Made by a program: the position numbers and the translations under genes. Shown in pieces: positions 1-13,100 of a stretch of 64,000 nt of DNA; position 1 is the stretch's first letter, and the number at the start of each line of letters is the position of its first letter. The notes below the pieces were generated by a model. It made no database searches, had not been told where the DNA came from, and saw only the letters and a list, made by a program, of their open reading frames with translations. The stretch is from Phoronis australis (lineage: Eukaryota > Animalia > Phoronida). The stretch lies in the NCBI GenBank assembly GCA_002633005.1, contig NMRA01000439.1, positions 62,001-126,000 of the forward strand, read 5' to 3'.

Positions 1-529
1 TGGTAAGACAAATCACACTGTCAACACATTGTTCGTAATAAAAAATACGACAAAATCTCACGAATTTAGAACACAATGAGGCAGACAGGTGAAATTTTAT
101 TTTCTCATTTTTTTAAGTGAAGTAAAGCACCAAAATGATGCTATACCATAGCTTGCAACAGTCAATATTTTGATAAATTGTGGAGATCCATAAGAATGTT
201 AGAAGCCCTTGAAAAAATGAACCAAAATGTGCAATTTTGGACATTATTTTTGTCTGAAATTGGAGAATTTACAGTAACTAAAGCTTCTGTGTTAGTCTTT
301 ACACTCTCATTTCTGTGACTACCCTAGTTTTGAATTTACATGCCGTCTCATGGCTACTTGTAATATCTCCTACCAGTGTTTCTTAAGTCTCCATTTAAAC
401 CTCTCACTGTTTACAAGCCAACTGAGAGTTTAAGTCAGTTCTTTGTTTTGGTAAAACATTGAGCGTAATGCATAGCAGGATTAGAGCTAACAGAATTTAA
501 GACATTTGCACCTAAGTACAACCTGTTAA

Positions 530-689
530 ACCTGCCTCCCGTTCAGTAACGCTAGGACCTCGCTAAAAAGCAAGACTTCGCGAGATTACGTGAGATATTA
601 CCGTGTATTCTAAATAAGAACACGTGACTTTGACTAGGTTTTAGCTAGGTCCTAGCGTAGGTCCTAGCGTCTACTGAACGCACGCCAGG
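530..689. mobile_element. Small palindromic MITE-like element
   Basis: Imperfect terminal inverted repeats CCTG..CGTTCAGTAACGCTAGGACCT / AGGTCCTAGCGTCTACTGAACG..CAGG. Confidence 0.6.
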
Positions 690-1084
690 TTCACAGTTAC
701 CTTAACCGTGACCAGGGACTGCAACTTCCTCCTAGTTACGATCCGGTGTTACTTCCAGTTACGGGAAGAACAGTCATGTGATCGAGGGCCTCAGCTGGAG
801 GCTTGAAACGTTATGCTCAACTAACTAAACCTCTCCTAGTAAGTAACTTCTCTCTCGTTTTTAATCGTAATCACAGGAGACAACGACGAACGCTTTTAAC
901 CATACTTTAAAGTCATCTAGAATCAAAGCACGTTTCATTGACTTAAGTCACCAGCATGTCTGGAAACAGTTATTGAATAACACCAGATGAGAGAACCAGT
1001 TGTGGGTGAAATCGCCAAATGAAAGCAGGGTTCGGTATCGCGCTAGCAAGAGTAAGTCCTGAGATGTACATGGATGCTACTCAC

Positions 1085-1162
1085 CAGGAATGGTGTGCTG
1101 AGGCTGCTCCCATAACCCACCTGCCACAGACAGAGGGCGCCCTCTCCATCGCTGGCCCCAAA
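1085..1162 (-). CDS. DMXL2: DMXL exon 44: FGASDGEGALCLWQVGYGSSLSTPFL
   Basis: WD40 continuation; TTCAG / GTGAGT; gene continues beyond base 1. Confidence 0.9.
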
Positions 1163-4100
1163 CTGAAACAGGAAGGCGCCTATGAGCACATCAAGATTCA
1201 CTGGGAGTCATTACTCAGAGGCAACCGGAACGGAAAAAACACAAAACCGTGCAGCTAAACGGTGTAACATTTGAAATACTTTACAGAGACCACAGAGCAC
1301 GTATAAGTAAACCAATGAACATCATTTGGGACCAAAAAGCATAGTGGATTCTAATCGCTGCCCCCCAACTTATTTTGACACCTGTGCCCGCTCGCATCAA
1401 TTTCAGTCAAGGTGTCGAGTTTTTTCTTGAAAAGCTGCACAAAGCCACATCAGCAACTTTGAAACACCACCTTTGTCCGAAACTGGTCAGACCATACTTC
1501 GCGTGTCATTTGACGTATCCAAGTGTTCAGTGAACTAAATCGTTTTTTCTTGTATTGCTCAAGCCTTTCAAGGACTATCAGGACAGTCCGGTAACAATAT
1601 CCATTAAAGAAAGATTTTAACGTAACAGACTGTTTTTTTTTAATCTTATTATGTTAAGGACTCAAAATTTATCAGGTAGTACAAATAAAATACTAAGGTC
1701 TTGCTAACATCAATCACCTGTATTCAGGTAATAACATGGAGTTCTTATACCATCACCGTGTTGTTAGGTATTCCTGCTAGGGGGGCAGTTTTGAGTTTTT
1801 CCGAGAGTTCTAGTTGGTCGGTGATGATGGTGAGCGGATGTGTGTGATGAATTGTTATCTGAACACTGAGGCTGGACTTTCTAATGTTTTGTTTATGTAC
1901 TTTCAAAGTACCGAGCGGTTATTTTTGTTAATGTGGTGGGCATTTGCAACGGTGTGGACAGTAGCGTCTGGTGCATAGAACTTGTTTGCTTTATTTTGGT
2001 GTAGTCTGTGGAAGGCGTGAGGACGGCTTGGTGATGAAGAGTGAAGATGCCGCAAGCTTCAAGTGTTGGTGCTGGCATTCGACCGTCTTTGTCCTCCGTT
2101 TTGAGTAACTTGTCAAAATATTTGTAAATATGTAAATAGATGTGAATATTGACCAGGATAACTGAAAGAGTGGTTATTTTCATTTATATTTCCGTAACAA
2201 TGTCCATGCCAGTAACATGTTCATGTTCTCAATCTATTCAGACAATCAGGACTTTTAGCTATCACCGTTCATGATGAAGAAACGTATGAACAAGGTCAGA
2301 AGTGAATCAACATTGCTGATATTACGACGTTTAGAATTTATAAGTATGCCTTAGCCAAGAAAATGTGTTAATATCCCTGGTCAGTTTACTAAAGCTCATA
2401 CATAAGGGCTAACGGACAATATATGCTTATATAAGAGCCTAGTGTGTGAATTTTATCAGCATGAAAATGGACAATGGAAAGTTTCATAAAAAGAGACCAG
2501 TTCCATCATCAGCACCACCTGGTGGATATAAACAGTCCTACTTATCAGTGACTGTGTTTTTAGTACGACTTACTTTATTGCCTTGTGTATTGAACTGGAC
2601 GCTGGTCACCTTGGGGAAGCTGCCCGCCTGCCTGGGTATGGACAGCGGCTGGCCGTGACCCCATTCCCACATACGCACACTGCCATCCTGTGACCCGGTC
2701 AGATCTGTTGGCATTGAAACAAAGGAGGTGGTCAAAAGATTCTGGAACACCCGTACTTTCTACTAGGAGTGAAAATATGATGGTACCAATGACTAGTTGA
2801 TGTACCGAGTAATACAAATTACAGTTACAGAGGACCCTAGAAAAATGTCCAAATTTGGCCCACTTCCAAACATCATATCTCAGAAACAGCTCAACGCATT
2901 CACATGACACTAATGCTTTATTCACAGTTCTTCTAAACGGCGTTAGGAATTGTTTTTAGAATGTTCCACTCTTGCATGAGGGGGTATCAAAAATAAAAGT
3001 TTCAGAAGATGAAAGTGAAATGTTTTAGAAAATGTACAGCACTTTTGAAAACTCATTCAGAATATTTACACCTGTCAATTACTGCTTGATATTGTTGTTT
3101 AGCTATCAATGTGCCTTTCTTTTTTGCTAATTATGCTAAAAAACATAACATTTAGGAAGTATTAAAAATCAAACTTTTGATGGTACATTTAACAGGTTTC
3201 AAATGATGTCATATAACGACAAGACAACTGAGGTTGAACGAAGTTTCAAGTGGTCGAAATCATAGCACAAATTAAATATTTACCCCCAGTTTTATTTGAG
3301 CGCTATATTTTGTCACTTTAGTTCTGTTTCGTACATGATAAAGAGACTTTAACCATTCATAGTTGTCCAACAAATGCTTATGCTATGGTCATGTGACACA
3401 GTTATTACTCAGCTCTAGCACGCCATCTGGTGACCATATAATAATTACGGTAATTCTCCACTGATTTCGTACAAAAACAGTGTAATTCTTCCAGTTTTCA
3501 ACAGCTGATTACTTTATTTCAAACAAAGGAAGATTTACCAACAATTGTATTGTGGCACACTACAAATGAAGCTAGTAATATCCTTCAGTTTTCTTAATCT
3601 TTATTTTTGTGAATAAATTTGACAAGTAACATAGAATTTAACTTGTCCGCCATGTTGTGCACTAAATAAGTGAAGAGGGTGTGTGAGTGTGGGTGGGTGT
3701 GGGTGGGTGTGGGTGTGCGTGTGTGTGAGAAATTGCACTCACAATAAGGCAGCGAAGGATGAGACCCCATTTTCCGAACGTTGGGCAGCGCTCGCCTGGA
3801 CATCTGAAAACAAAACCATGCTCTTTTGAGTCACCAATAAAACTGCAACAACTATGCTAATGCAAAAGCATCGTACAGTAGTTATCGCAACAGTTGAAGA
3901 ATTTCGTCAACACTGGTCAGGCTTCATCGAACTAATGGTGAAAACTTGAAGGGAATCCGATGGAAAAATAACACTAAATCATTTTGAAGTCCGCTGGAAA
4001 TTTTTGCTTTCAAATTAAATATCGCCAACTTTTTTTTGAACAGCTGCACAAAGGGAAGGGGTGTTCAATCAAATTCTGCAGGTGATTATAGTGACGTTAG

Positions 4101-7100
4101 ACAATTCAAGTTCTGCAGGTGATTATAGTGACTTAAGACAATTCAAGTTAAAAACAATTTACAAACTGGGTTACAATAAGAACTCTTGTGTTGCATGTAA
4201 ACTACACTTCTGAAACCTATACAAAAATAGAAAAGCTTTTCAATACTGTTAAATTGCTAAGAAAGTGGGGAAAGGGTTAAAGAAAAACAAAAAATGAAGA
4301 CCAGCCCTTTTCAATGCACACAACATCTACTTGACACGAGATATTTGCAAAGCATCAGAGAACAGTCGTACAAGAAATCTGCTACTTGCAAACGGGTGTT
4401 ATCAATACCTGATGATATTTTACTAGTTACGACTATTGTCGCAGTTTACATTTGACTGATATTTGTACTTGTGACGCGGCATGTACCTAGAATAGCCTTA
4501 GGTATTATCAAACTGATAACTACAGCAGTCACTAGTGACTTTTGACTACTAATTCTGGATGTCAAACGTGGCATTTACAGATAACTGTACTTATCACATG
4601 TGACATTGGCTACTACCTCTGGTAGTCACACAGAATATCTGACAAGTACCTGCAATTGTCACGTGTGACATTTAACTAGTAAATCTAATTGTCAGGTGTG
4701 ACATTAGACTGATATCAGTCTGTGCATGCCATGTCAGACTTCTGACTGGCCACTCGTTGTCAAATGTGACATTTGACTTATAACTGCACTTGCCATATGT
4801 GACTTTTGACAAGCAGCTCTAATAGTCAAATGTCTCCCTTGACCGACAAGTGTACTTGCCACGTGTACTATTTCAGTTGTCACATGCAATACATCGACAA
4901 GAAGTTGCATTCGACCTACTCAAGTTGCCACTAAATAAATACAGTTCATGAGTCAGAACGTGAAGACTGCAACACAATCGATCAATGTCCATTATTTGGC
5001 TGCTGCACAATGAATCAATAACGGACCTTTCATTTAGGGTGGTCACCTCCGTTTTGATTTAGAAGACCTTTCGCTAATGCTCACTCAATAATCAAACAAA
5101 AACACTTTGAGATAAATAAATTAAAGATTCAAACATAACGCATAAACGAAAGCTAGAAAATAAATCAACACAAAAGTGAAATGAGTTCAGAAAGCTCAGT
5201 GTAGGTGCAGTGGCTGCCAGTGATTGGAACTCAATAACTCAACAAATTGGCAAAGGGCACGTGTACTGCACACATCATGCTAGCGAGAGAATAACAATCA
5301 ATGATGTTTCATAACTTATTTGCTTCAAGTTCATCTCTGAGTAGACGTGCCAGTATTTACAAGCTGGGAACTCTTGAATTCATCTAGCAGACTAACCAAC
5401 AAAGACATCCCAAACAGATCAGTAGTTTGAGTTCAAGCAAATTTATTCGACCGTACAAACAGGCACAGGTTAGACGAACAACACTAAATACACTCTAAAT
5501 CTGCTGTACGATATTTAGTGAACAACGATTGGTTGGCTGGTTTTGTCGGGCACTACATACCTGCCGTAGCAACTTTAAAGTGCGTTCCTTAAGGAAGTTA
5601 ATGGTAAAAGGTCGGCCCATTGAGCCCGATCTAGGCTGTGGGCAGAAAATGTCGAATGAGAGCAAAGAAAGCGACAGAGAGAAAACTTTATGAAAAGGAA
5701 GGTTTAATGAAATAAAAGCCATACCATCATTTTAACATAATTACGTGATAACACGACCCTAAAATCCCTGCCCAACTTCACAAGCATTGCAAAACTTTTT
5801 AAGTAAATCAAAAGACCGCAATCTAGTCAGGCCTTCATCTCACGGCCATCCAAATGGACGCTCCGAGTCAAACATTGACATCATAACTGGGATGTCCAGT
5901 TCAGTACTAGACACCCAAGTGAAGTAAACCAGTAAGCAGTTGTGTGTCTTTTAGCTTGCACTGTGGGCTCATTGGGCTCTCCAGCATAAAAAGAGATTGT
6001 CAAGATATGATGTAATATGCAATAAATTTTACTGCAGACCCTTGTCTCCACAGGTCACACTCTAAAAAGCAGTTTGACATGGAGTCATGAAAACGCAATC
6101 ACGCATCATTTGTCATGGATGCCCTAAGAAATTTGGAAAACCATTTTGGGAGCCTGTTTTTAAAATCCTGGATGAACCCCTACGTCGAGGTAGATAGATT
6201 ATTTTGCGAGTCATCTTGCTCTTTGTGAAGGACAGGTGAAGTGAAATAGTCTGAAATGTCGGCACGGGTTGCACACGCTTTATGGTGCACCCATTGTCAC
6301 CTGTGAAGACACGTGGCACTGGTCAGAGCTGCAAGATGGACTGTGAGTCACGTGTTTGTAACTAGCCACACACGTGATGTTTGCAGATGTTTGACAAAAT
6401 CGTCAGTATTAACTCCTCAACACAACTTTCACAGGAAACGGGGAGGCCTGAGACCAACAAACTTTGCTCGAAACACAACACAAAAACTGACCAATCACAC
6501 AGTGCATTTCTAGTAAAGTTTTGAAATTCAAGCAATGCGATTGGTTAACTCATAGCCGAGTCTCCAGTAAAGGCTGAAGGTCTCTCTTCATGGTTATAAA
6601 GCATTTGAATATTACAACAAAGCGTGTGGTGTCGCAGTGAGATACGTTGACTTTGTGTTCGTAACTGCATCGGCAATAAGTCCGATCACGTGGTTGAAAT
6701 GTGTCAGCCTCCTTGCACCACACAGTCAAAGGAGGTCAACAGAAAGTCACATGCAAAGATTGAAGCACACAAAACCAAAAATGACCTGCCCAGTGAACGT
6801 ACCGTAGGGCATGCACTGTCAATCTGCGGCTGAAACAAAAGCTTTCTGTATACCTTATGTCTTACGTTACGGCCACGTTGAAGCAGCCATGCTTTGCGAA
6901 GTATGCCACCTGGTGACCACTAGGCGTCTCAAAATTATATTCAGGGGCCAGGATCTCATCTTTTTACATCAAATCAAAGTCAAAAGTTAATTGAACATCT
7001 CCATTTCTGCTTTGGTATGAACTTAGGATAAGTGTCTATTATTTTGATCCTCGAGTATATTATGGTTTATGTGGATGACTGCGTAATCCTATTTTGCACT

Positions 7101-10100
7101 TGATGATCCCAGCATTAAATGTTTGAGTCTGAACTCAAAATTACGAGCTTTTACTCGAAATCTTGAGTTTTTAGTCAAGTTTGGAACTCGAATCTAGGGG
7201 CCATCAAAAACAAATTTGGACAACACAGTGGTTTGGGTAATCCATCATATACTCAAGTACAGAATAACAGATAATTATCCCAAGAAAATGCCAGATATAT
7301 TTTTGAGTTCAATTTTAAGTAAAAAATAAAATAGGAAACACAAGAAAACGATTACCACAAAGTCTGTGCTTCAGGACAAAACAATAATGACGTCTCACGC
7401 CAATGAAAGTCGAATAAAAAAACTGATAGTAAAAAACAACAATCTCGTGACTAGAATCCCAAAAAAGATTGAAGTTAATTTATGCAGACCGACATGTGAC
7501 ACACTGAGGTGTGACAACAGGTGCCATGACTGCATGCTGGTTGACAAATGACTTCATCAACTTGTGCAAAGTCAGCAATGCCATGCATTTATCGCCAACA
7601 TTGTGTATTCGACACATCTAACTGTCTCGTTGGGACTAGGTTCGCTTTCAAGCCCCGCAAGTGCTTTAAACAATCTAATTAGGTTTTCACAAATAACACT
7701 AATTGAAATGATAATAACCATTGCAGTAATTAAGATAGACCTTGGGCTAGTCTTGCAATCACAATGATAAATATTCTAGAGAACTTTGATTAACACAAAT
7801 GAAAACCAAAGAAAATTTTTTCATGTTAATTAGGTGTCTGGAAACCCCTATTCACCAAGACGGGTAAACAAGCCATCTGAATTACCCGCAACTCTGAAAG
7901 GAGCTTCATGAAATCCAGTTACTTGGAAATAGTATTCTTTACACTTTAATGCCAAGTAATTGACCTATCGCAAGCTCCGCCCCCTTACGTAATGTCGACT
8001 AACAAACAACGAGTTTTTCCCGAAAACGCGTTATTTGTCGGGTAAAATGGCGGCTTGGAAACGAAGCTGTGTCAAAAATGATGAGTTCTAAATGGTCAGT
8101 TAAGCCGTCACTCAAAATAACGGCGATAGGCCAATTACCTCACAAACGAGACAATGGTACAATGGAACCTTAGTGCTCAACAACTGGATAACCTGTGGCA
8201 TGTAACGCTACAGTTATTAGTGTCCTCCTTAGCAGCCATACTAGCAATGCCTGCTTAACTTATACCAACTGACCACTAGAAAGTGACGAAACAAAAACAG
8301 CGAGACAAACTGTTCCAGCAAAATCTGTATGGGAGGGGGGGAAGGCACTTTTATTTCGTACCCACCGCCCATATTTTTCATTTATTTCTCCAACCCATGA
8401 CCCATAATTTTTTAATTATTTTTAATAGGTTAAAATATAAAATCCAACACTTGCAAACAAATTGCCTCCAGGAGGACNNNNNNNNNNNNNNNNNNNNNNN
8501 NNNNNNNNNNNNNNNNNNNNNNNNNNNNNNNNNNNNNNNNNNNNNNNNNNNNNNNNNNNNNNNNNNNNNNNNNNNNNNNNNNNNNNNNNNNNNNNNNNNN
8601 NNNNNNNNNNNNNNNNNNNNNNNNNNNNNNNNNNNNNNNNNNNNNNNNNNNNNNNNNNNNNNNNNNNNNNNNNNNNNNNNNNNNNNNNNNNNNNNNNNNN
8701 NNNNNNNNNNNNNNNNNNNNNNNNNNNNNNNNNNNNNNNNNNNNNNNNNNNNNNNNNNNNNNNNNNNNNNNNGCGACACGAGACCGACAACGCACTTACC
8801 ACGCTTCCCCCTCGGCCAGACTGGTGAGCAGAGAACCCTGGTGGGGGCGGATAAGACCCAGGTGACGACTGCGTGCTGGTCTGTCGATCGAATGGTGTGC
8901 TCACCACAATGAATTCACTCTCTGACTGCCTGGGTGGGCTGGAAATGCCAAGTGGGAGTTGTTAAAAACACTGCGTCAACCGAGAACATTTTGCAAAAAA
9001 ATCTCTGTAACAAGCAGCATAGGAACTGACCTAATTAAACAAAACCAACAAAAATCGACATACAAAAATAAGCTGATAGAATTCCGCTTCTTTGTTAAAT
9101 AATTATTCATGACTCTGTCATCATTATCCCAGGTACTCTTGAATACCACTTCAACTCAGCTGCCATTGAATGTACTGTATCAGAATCCATGTAATCCTCA
9201 CAAAAAGAAACATAATACAACTCTTTAGCATTGTGACAATACAAAAACAATCGTCGCTTCTGTTTGAGGGCTGTTCCAGCAAAATCTGTGTGGGAGGGGG
9301 GGAAGGCAACTGAAATAAAAATTTATGGGTGGTTGCGTTTGATTTCAATTCAAAATGGCTGGTGGTCGTACTTCAAAAAAATTAAAATTTACAGGTCGAT
9401 GTTGTTTCATTGGGCCATAAATGTTTGATGGTGGGTAATTTTAGTAAATTTTATAAACAATCCGCACAGAATCAAAAACTGAAACAAAAAGGCAACTTTC
9501 AAAGAGCTCCGACTTTTTCACTCCCTCCGATCTCCTCATCGGCATGCCCATAACACCATTTAACCACAGGTGCTCGAATTTCTCGATGGCTTATAACCAT
9601 ATATATGAAACATATGTTTTCTTAGTAATGAATGACGTTAGTGGTGATGGAGCAACAGATAAACTCAAGCGCCTGTGCAGTCAACCACAAGAACAAAAAA
9701 AAATTACGGGTGGTTGCATTTCAAACTTATAAAAAATTACGGGTGGTAGGCTGAAGAAATAAATGAAAAATATGGGTGGTGGGTGCAAAAAAGGTGCCTT
9801 CCCCCCCTCCCATACAGATTTTACTGGAACAGCCCTGACCCAATTTCAAATTCTGGTTGTCACAACAGGCAGAGTTGACAAAGACCAAACACTATTTGTT
9901 CCACTTGCAGACATTAAGCGATATTAAAATTTTTACGTGAACCCTTTGAACACCTCATCGTCCAACAATGGTGCTTTGATGGCACGACGACCGCAGAGAA
10001 TCAAAAAATGCTGCTAAATTCCCTTGTTTAATATCTCCGTCCAAGTTACATGCAAACTGTAGGTGGCACTGCAAGTTTGCACACAAAATGCTATGTTAAC

Positions 10101-13100
10101 AAATGGCTGCACGGCAAATTTCAACATGTCACTACAACATCAGAAAGGAATTTTTATATTATATCAAAATTTTTGAAATTAAAATCTTGAGTTTGGTAAA
10201 TCGTGTAAATTTAAACTCACACTAAAATGGAGATCTCGAGAAGACTGTGCATACGTACTTGTTGATAGAGTCTATGTCATACTCTATATCATCTGACTCT
10301 TCCAACCAAGAGGGAGGGTTGAGAATTGATGAAATGTCCATCTCAATCACCTCCTTGTGAGTTGACATTGCCAGGAAGTTCATGTTGCCCTGGAAACAAA
10401 CACCATAGTAACAGTAATATAAAAACAATGGCAACGACCACAGAATAAGATGAACGTGCTACGGCAATTCTCCAAGATTGTTTTTACACATTCAAGTGAC
10501 ACCTATACAATATACAAGACAACCTGCACAAAGTTTCCTAACAAGAGCCCCACCTGGTGAATACAGAACGAGTTGATCACATCCTGGTCCTTGTGGATTA
10601 GCTTGACAGGCTCCCAGGCCAGACCGCTGTCCGTTGAGTCAGTGCTGTGTGACATGGTCTCATCCAATATGGTTGACTTCCTTTTGAAGATGTAGCGTAT
10701 GAACACATCCTGCAGGGACTGCTGTTGGACTAAGTACTGCCAGAGACGTTTGGCTGGCTGCGCCGTGCTGTGGTCCGACCTGTCACACGGGAGATAATTA
10801 TTATTACCAAGAGAGATTAACTGATAGCACTGAGGGAAGCACAGCGGGAAGCACAGCAGAGTGCTGTGGTCCAACCTGGAACAGGAATATAAGAGTAGTT
10901 GCCATGGAAAACACAACGTACAAGGGAGATAATTGTGGTAAGAAAGTAACAGCTATTACTCAAGCACAATGATCTGACATAAAACAGCATCACTCAAATA
11001 GGGAGATAACTACAAAAGCTTTGATTGCAGAATGAGAATGTGGTCCAACCCAAGACAGGGGAGGTACACAAGAGTTCAAATGAGTTTGAAGAATGAAGCA
11101 CAAAGAATATTTTCAACAGCAACTCTAAAACAAATTCCTTCAATAACACTTCTCATGTCAAATTTAGATCCCTAAAATTTAGGTATTTATTTCCTTAAAT
11201 ATTCATCACGTAGTAAAGCTAAGTATTCGTTTAACTCCAGCGACGTCAGAATGACGTCTCCTTGACAATATATAAGTACAAATGCTCACTTACTTAAACG
11301 GTGTGTTCCTGGGGTCAGTCATCGACTTGTACCTCATGATTGACGGTCCGCTGACTGTGTTGTCGATGTAACAGCCAGGGATGTAGTCGTCCGGAGGACC
11401 GGAGAACAAGTCCAGCTTCTCGCGGAGCAGCTCTTCCCACTGACCCATGGTGGACAGGACCTCTTGCAGGAGGGGTGAGCACACCGGCAACTCTGTGGGG
11501 GTCAGAAAGTGATACAAGCATTCATTCTTTTGATTTCTATTCTTTATCTGGAGTGCACTTACTGAAGACCACTTGAAAACATGTACAATTATGCTAAATT
11601 AACGTAAAAGATGCAAAACAAAAAATAATTAAAATAAAAATGATCTCAGGAAAACGTGCGTGTAAAGTGCACTGTACAAAACTATAACAGTGAATAGTGA
11701 AAGACAATAAACCATTTTAAAATTTTGTAACACATATCACATGGGTTGCGTTTAGAATAAATATTTTAAATTAGTCAACTGCTATTTTCACATATTGTAA
11801 ATATAATATCAGAATCTACTGCATCAAAATGCAATGTTTAATCTTTGAGAAACATTGTGAGAGCTAAAACTGCTTATGTCCCAATCTTTAGAATCAAGAA
11901 AACTCAATTTCAGCTTGAACTTTGGTTCTACGAATTTTTAAAATTCGTGCTTCTGTTTTGGCCTAAAACAAATGTGATTAATTTTGGTTGTTTCGCATTT
12001 TTATTACTTTTGTTTTTTTTTATTATCCTTAATTTATCTAGAAATTTATTATATCGACCAACAAGTAGAGGAACACCACACAAAGCAAACATTTTACTAA
12101 CTACATACCCGCCAACTCCCCACTTACCTGCCAAGTACCCACATACTCACCAACTACCCACATACCCACCAGCTACCCACATTAACACCAACTACCCACA
12201 TACCCACCAACTACCCACATATCCACCGACTACACACATACCCGCCAACTCAATGCCAACAATGGGCAAGAAGTTCTTGACATTCCACGTTATCAGTCGT
12301 ACAATGGCGTATCGCATCAGACTCCAGCTGTATGAGTTGGGGTCCATGTGCTCCAGGGGAGCAAGGGGCTTGCTGCCTCCGGAGTTTGTGTTGAATACGC
12401 CATCACCGTCCAGGTCATCGAGGTCATCGTCGTCCGCCTCCTCATCTGAGCTGAGCTCGTCTTCCGAGTCGTATGTGATGCCGCTGACAAGAGGGCTAAC
12501 AATCGGCTACAAGAAAGTGAAATTAAATTGCAGAAATGAAAATATAATCAAATAAATAAGAGCAACAGCAAAAACAGGGACTGCTCTTATTTTACACTTG
12601 GCAGACGTTATCTTTCAGAAAGTGGCAGCCAAACAGGTAAGTAATCTCATTATTTGCTTGAGAAAATGGCATATATACAAAGCCAGAGTTTGCATTCCAG
12701 ACTCCCTGTGTGCAGTGTTTGAAAAACGAAATTCTTCAATATAATACTACATAAAAGGTAATTTATGATTGATAAGAATTTGAATTACAAACAATTAGAA
12801 AAAGGTGGAACCCTGCAGGACTTTCTGTCTGGTAATGTGATAATTATTAATTTGCGTATATACGATTCCAGAGTGAATGGGTTGTGAATGAAATGTCATA
12901 AAATACACTTGTGTATTTGCACCTCCAACTAGTTAAACAAATGCATAGTATATACAACACGTGCATACCTCAGTAATGTCATAGATGTGAATACAACAAA
13001 AGTACTTAATAATTGAGAAATAAAAGAAAAACATGTCATATGTCGTTAGCAAATTCCCATACTGGTATTAAAGAATACAATGGCACTTGACAAGGACCAC

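Noticed and set aside
1740-2183. 96-aa minus-strand ORF in GT-rich intronic DNA, possibly a decayed retroelement
   Set aside because: No recognisable motif or splice signals fitting DMXL; cannot be supported without a search
8283-8912. Several ORFs of 120-210 aa
   Set aside because: Open only because they span the N gap
11845-12555. 236-aa plus-strand ORF
   Set aside because: Made of AT-rich intron, a C/A minisatellite and the antisense of exon 37; no recognisable domain
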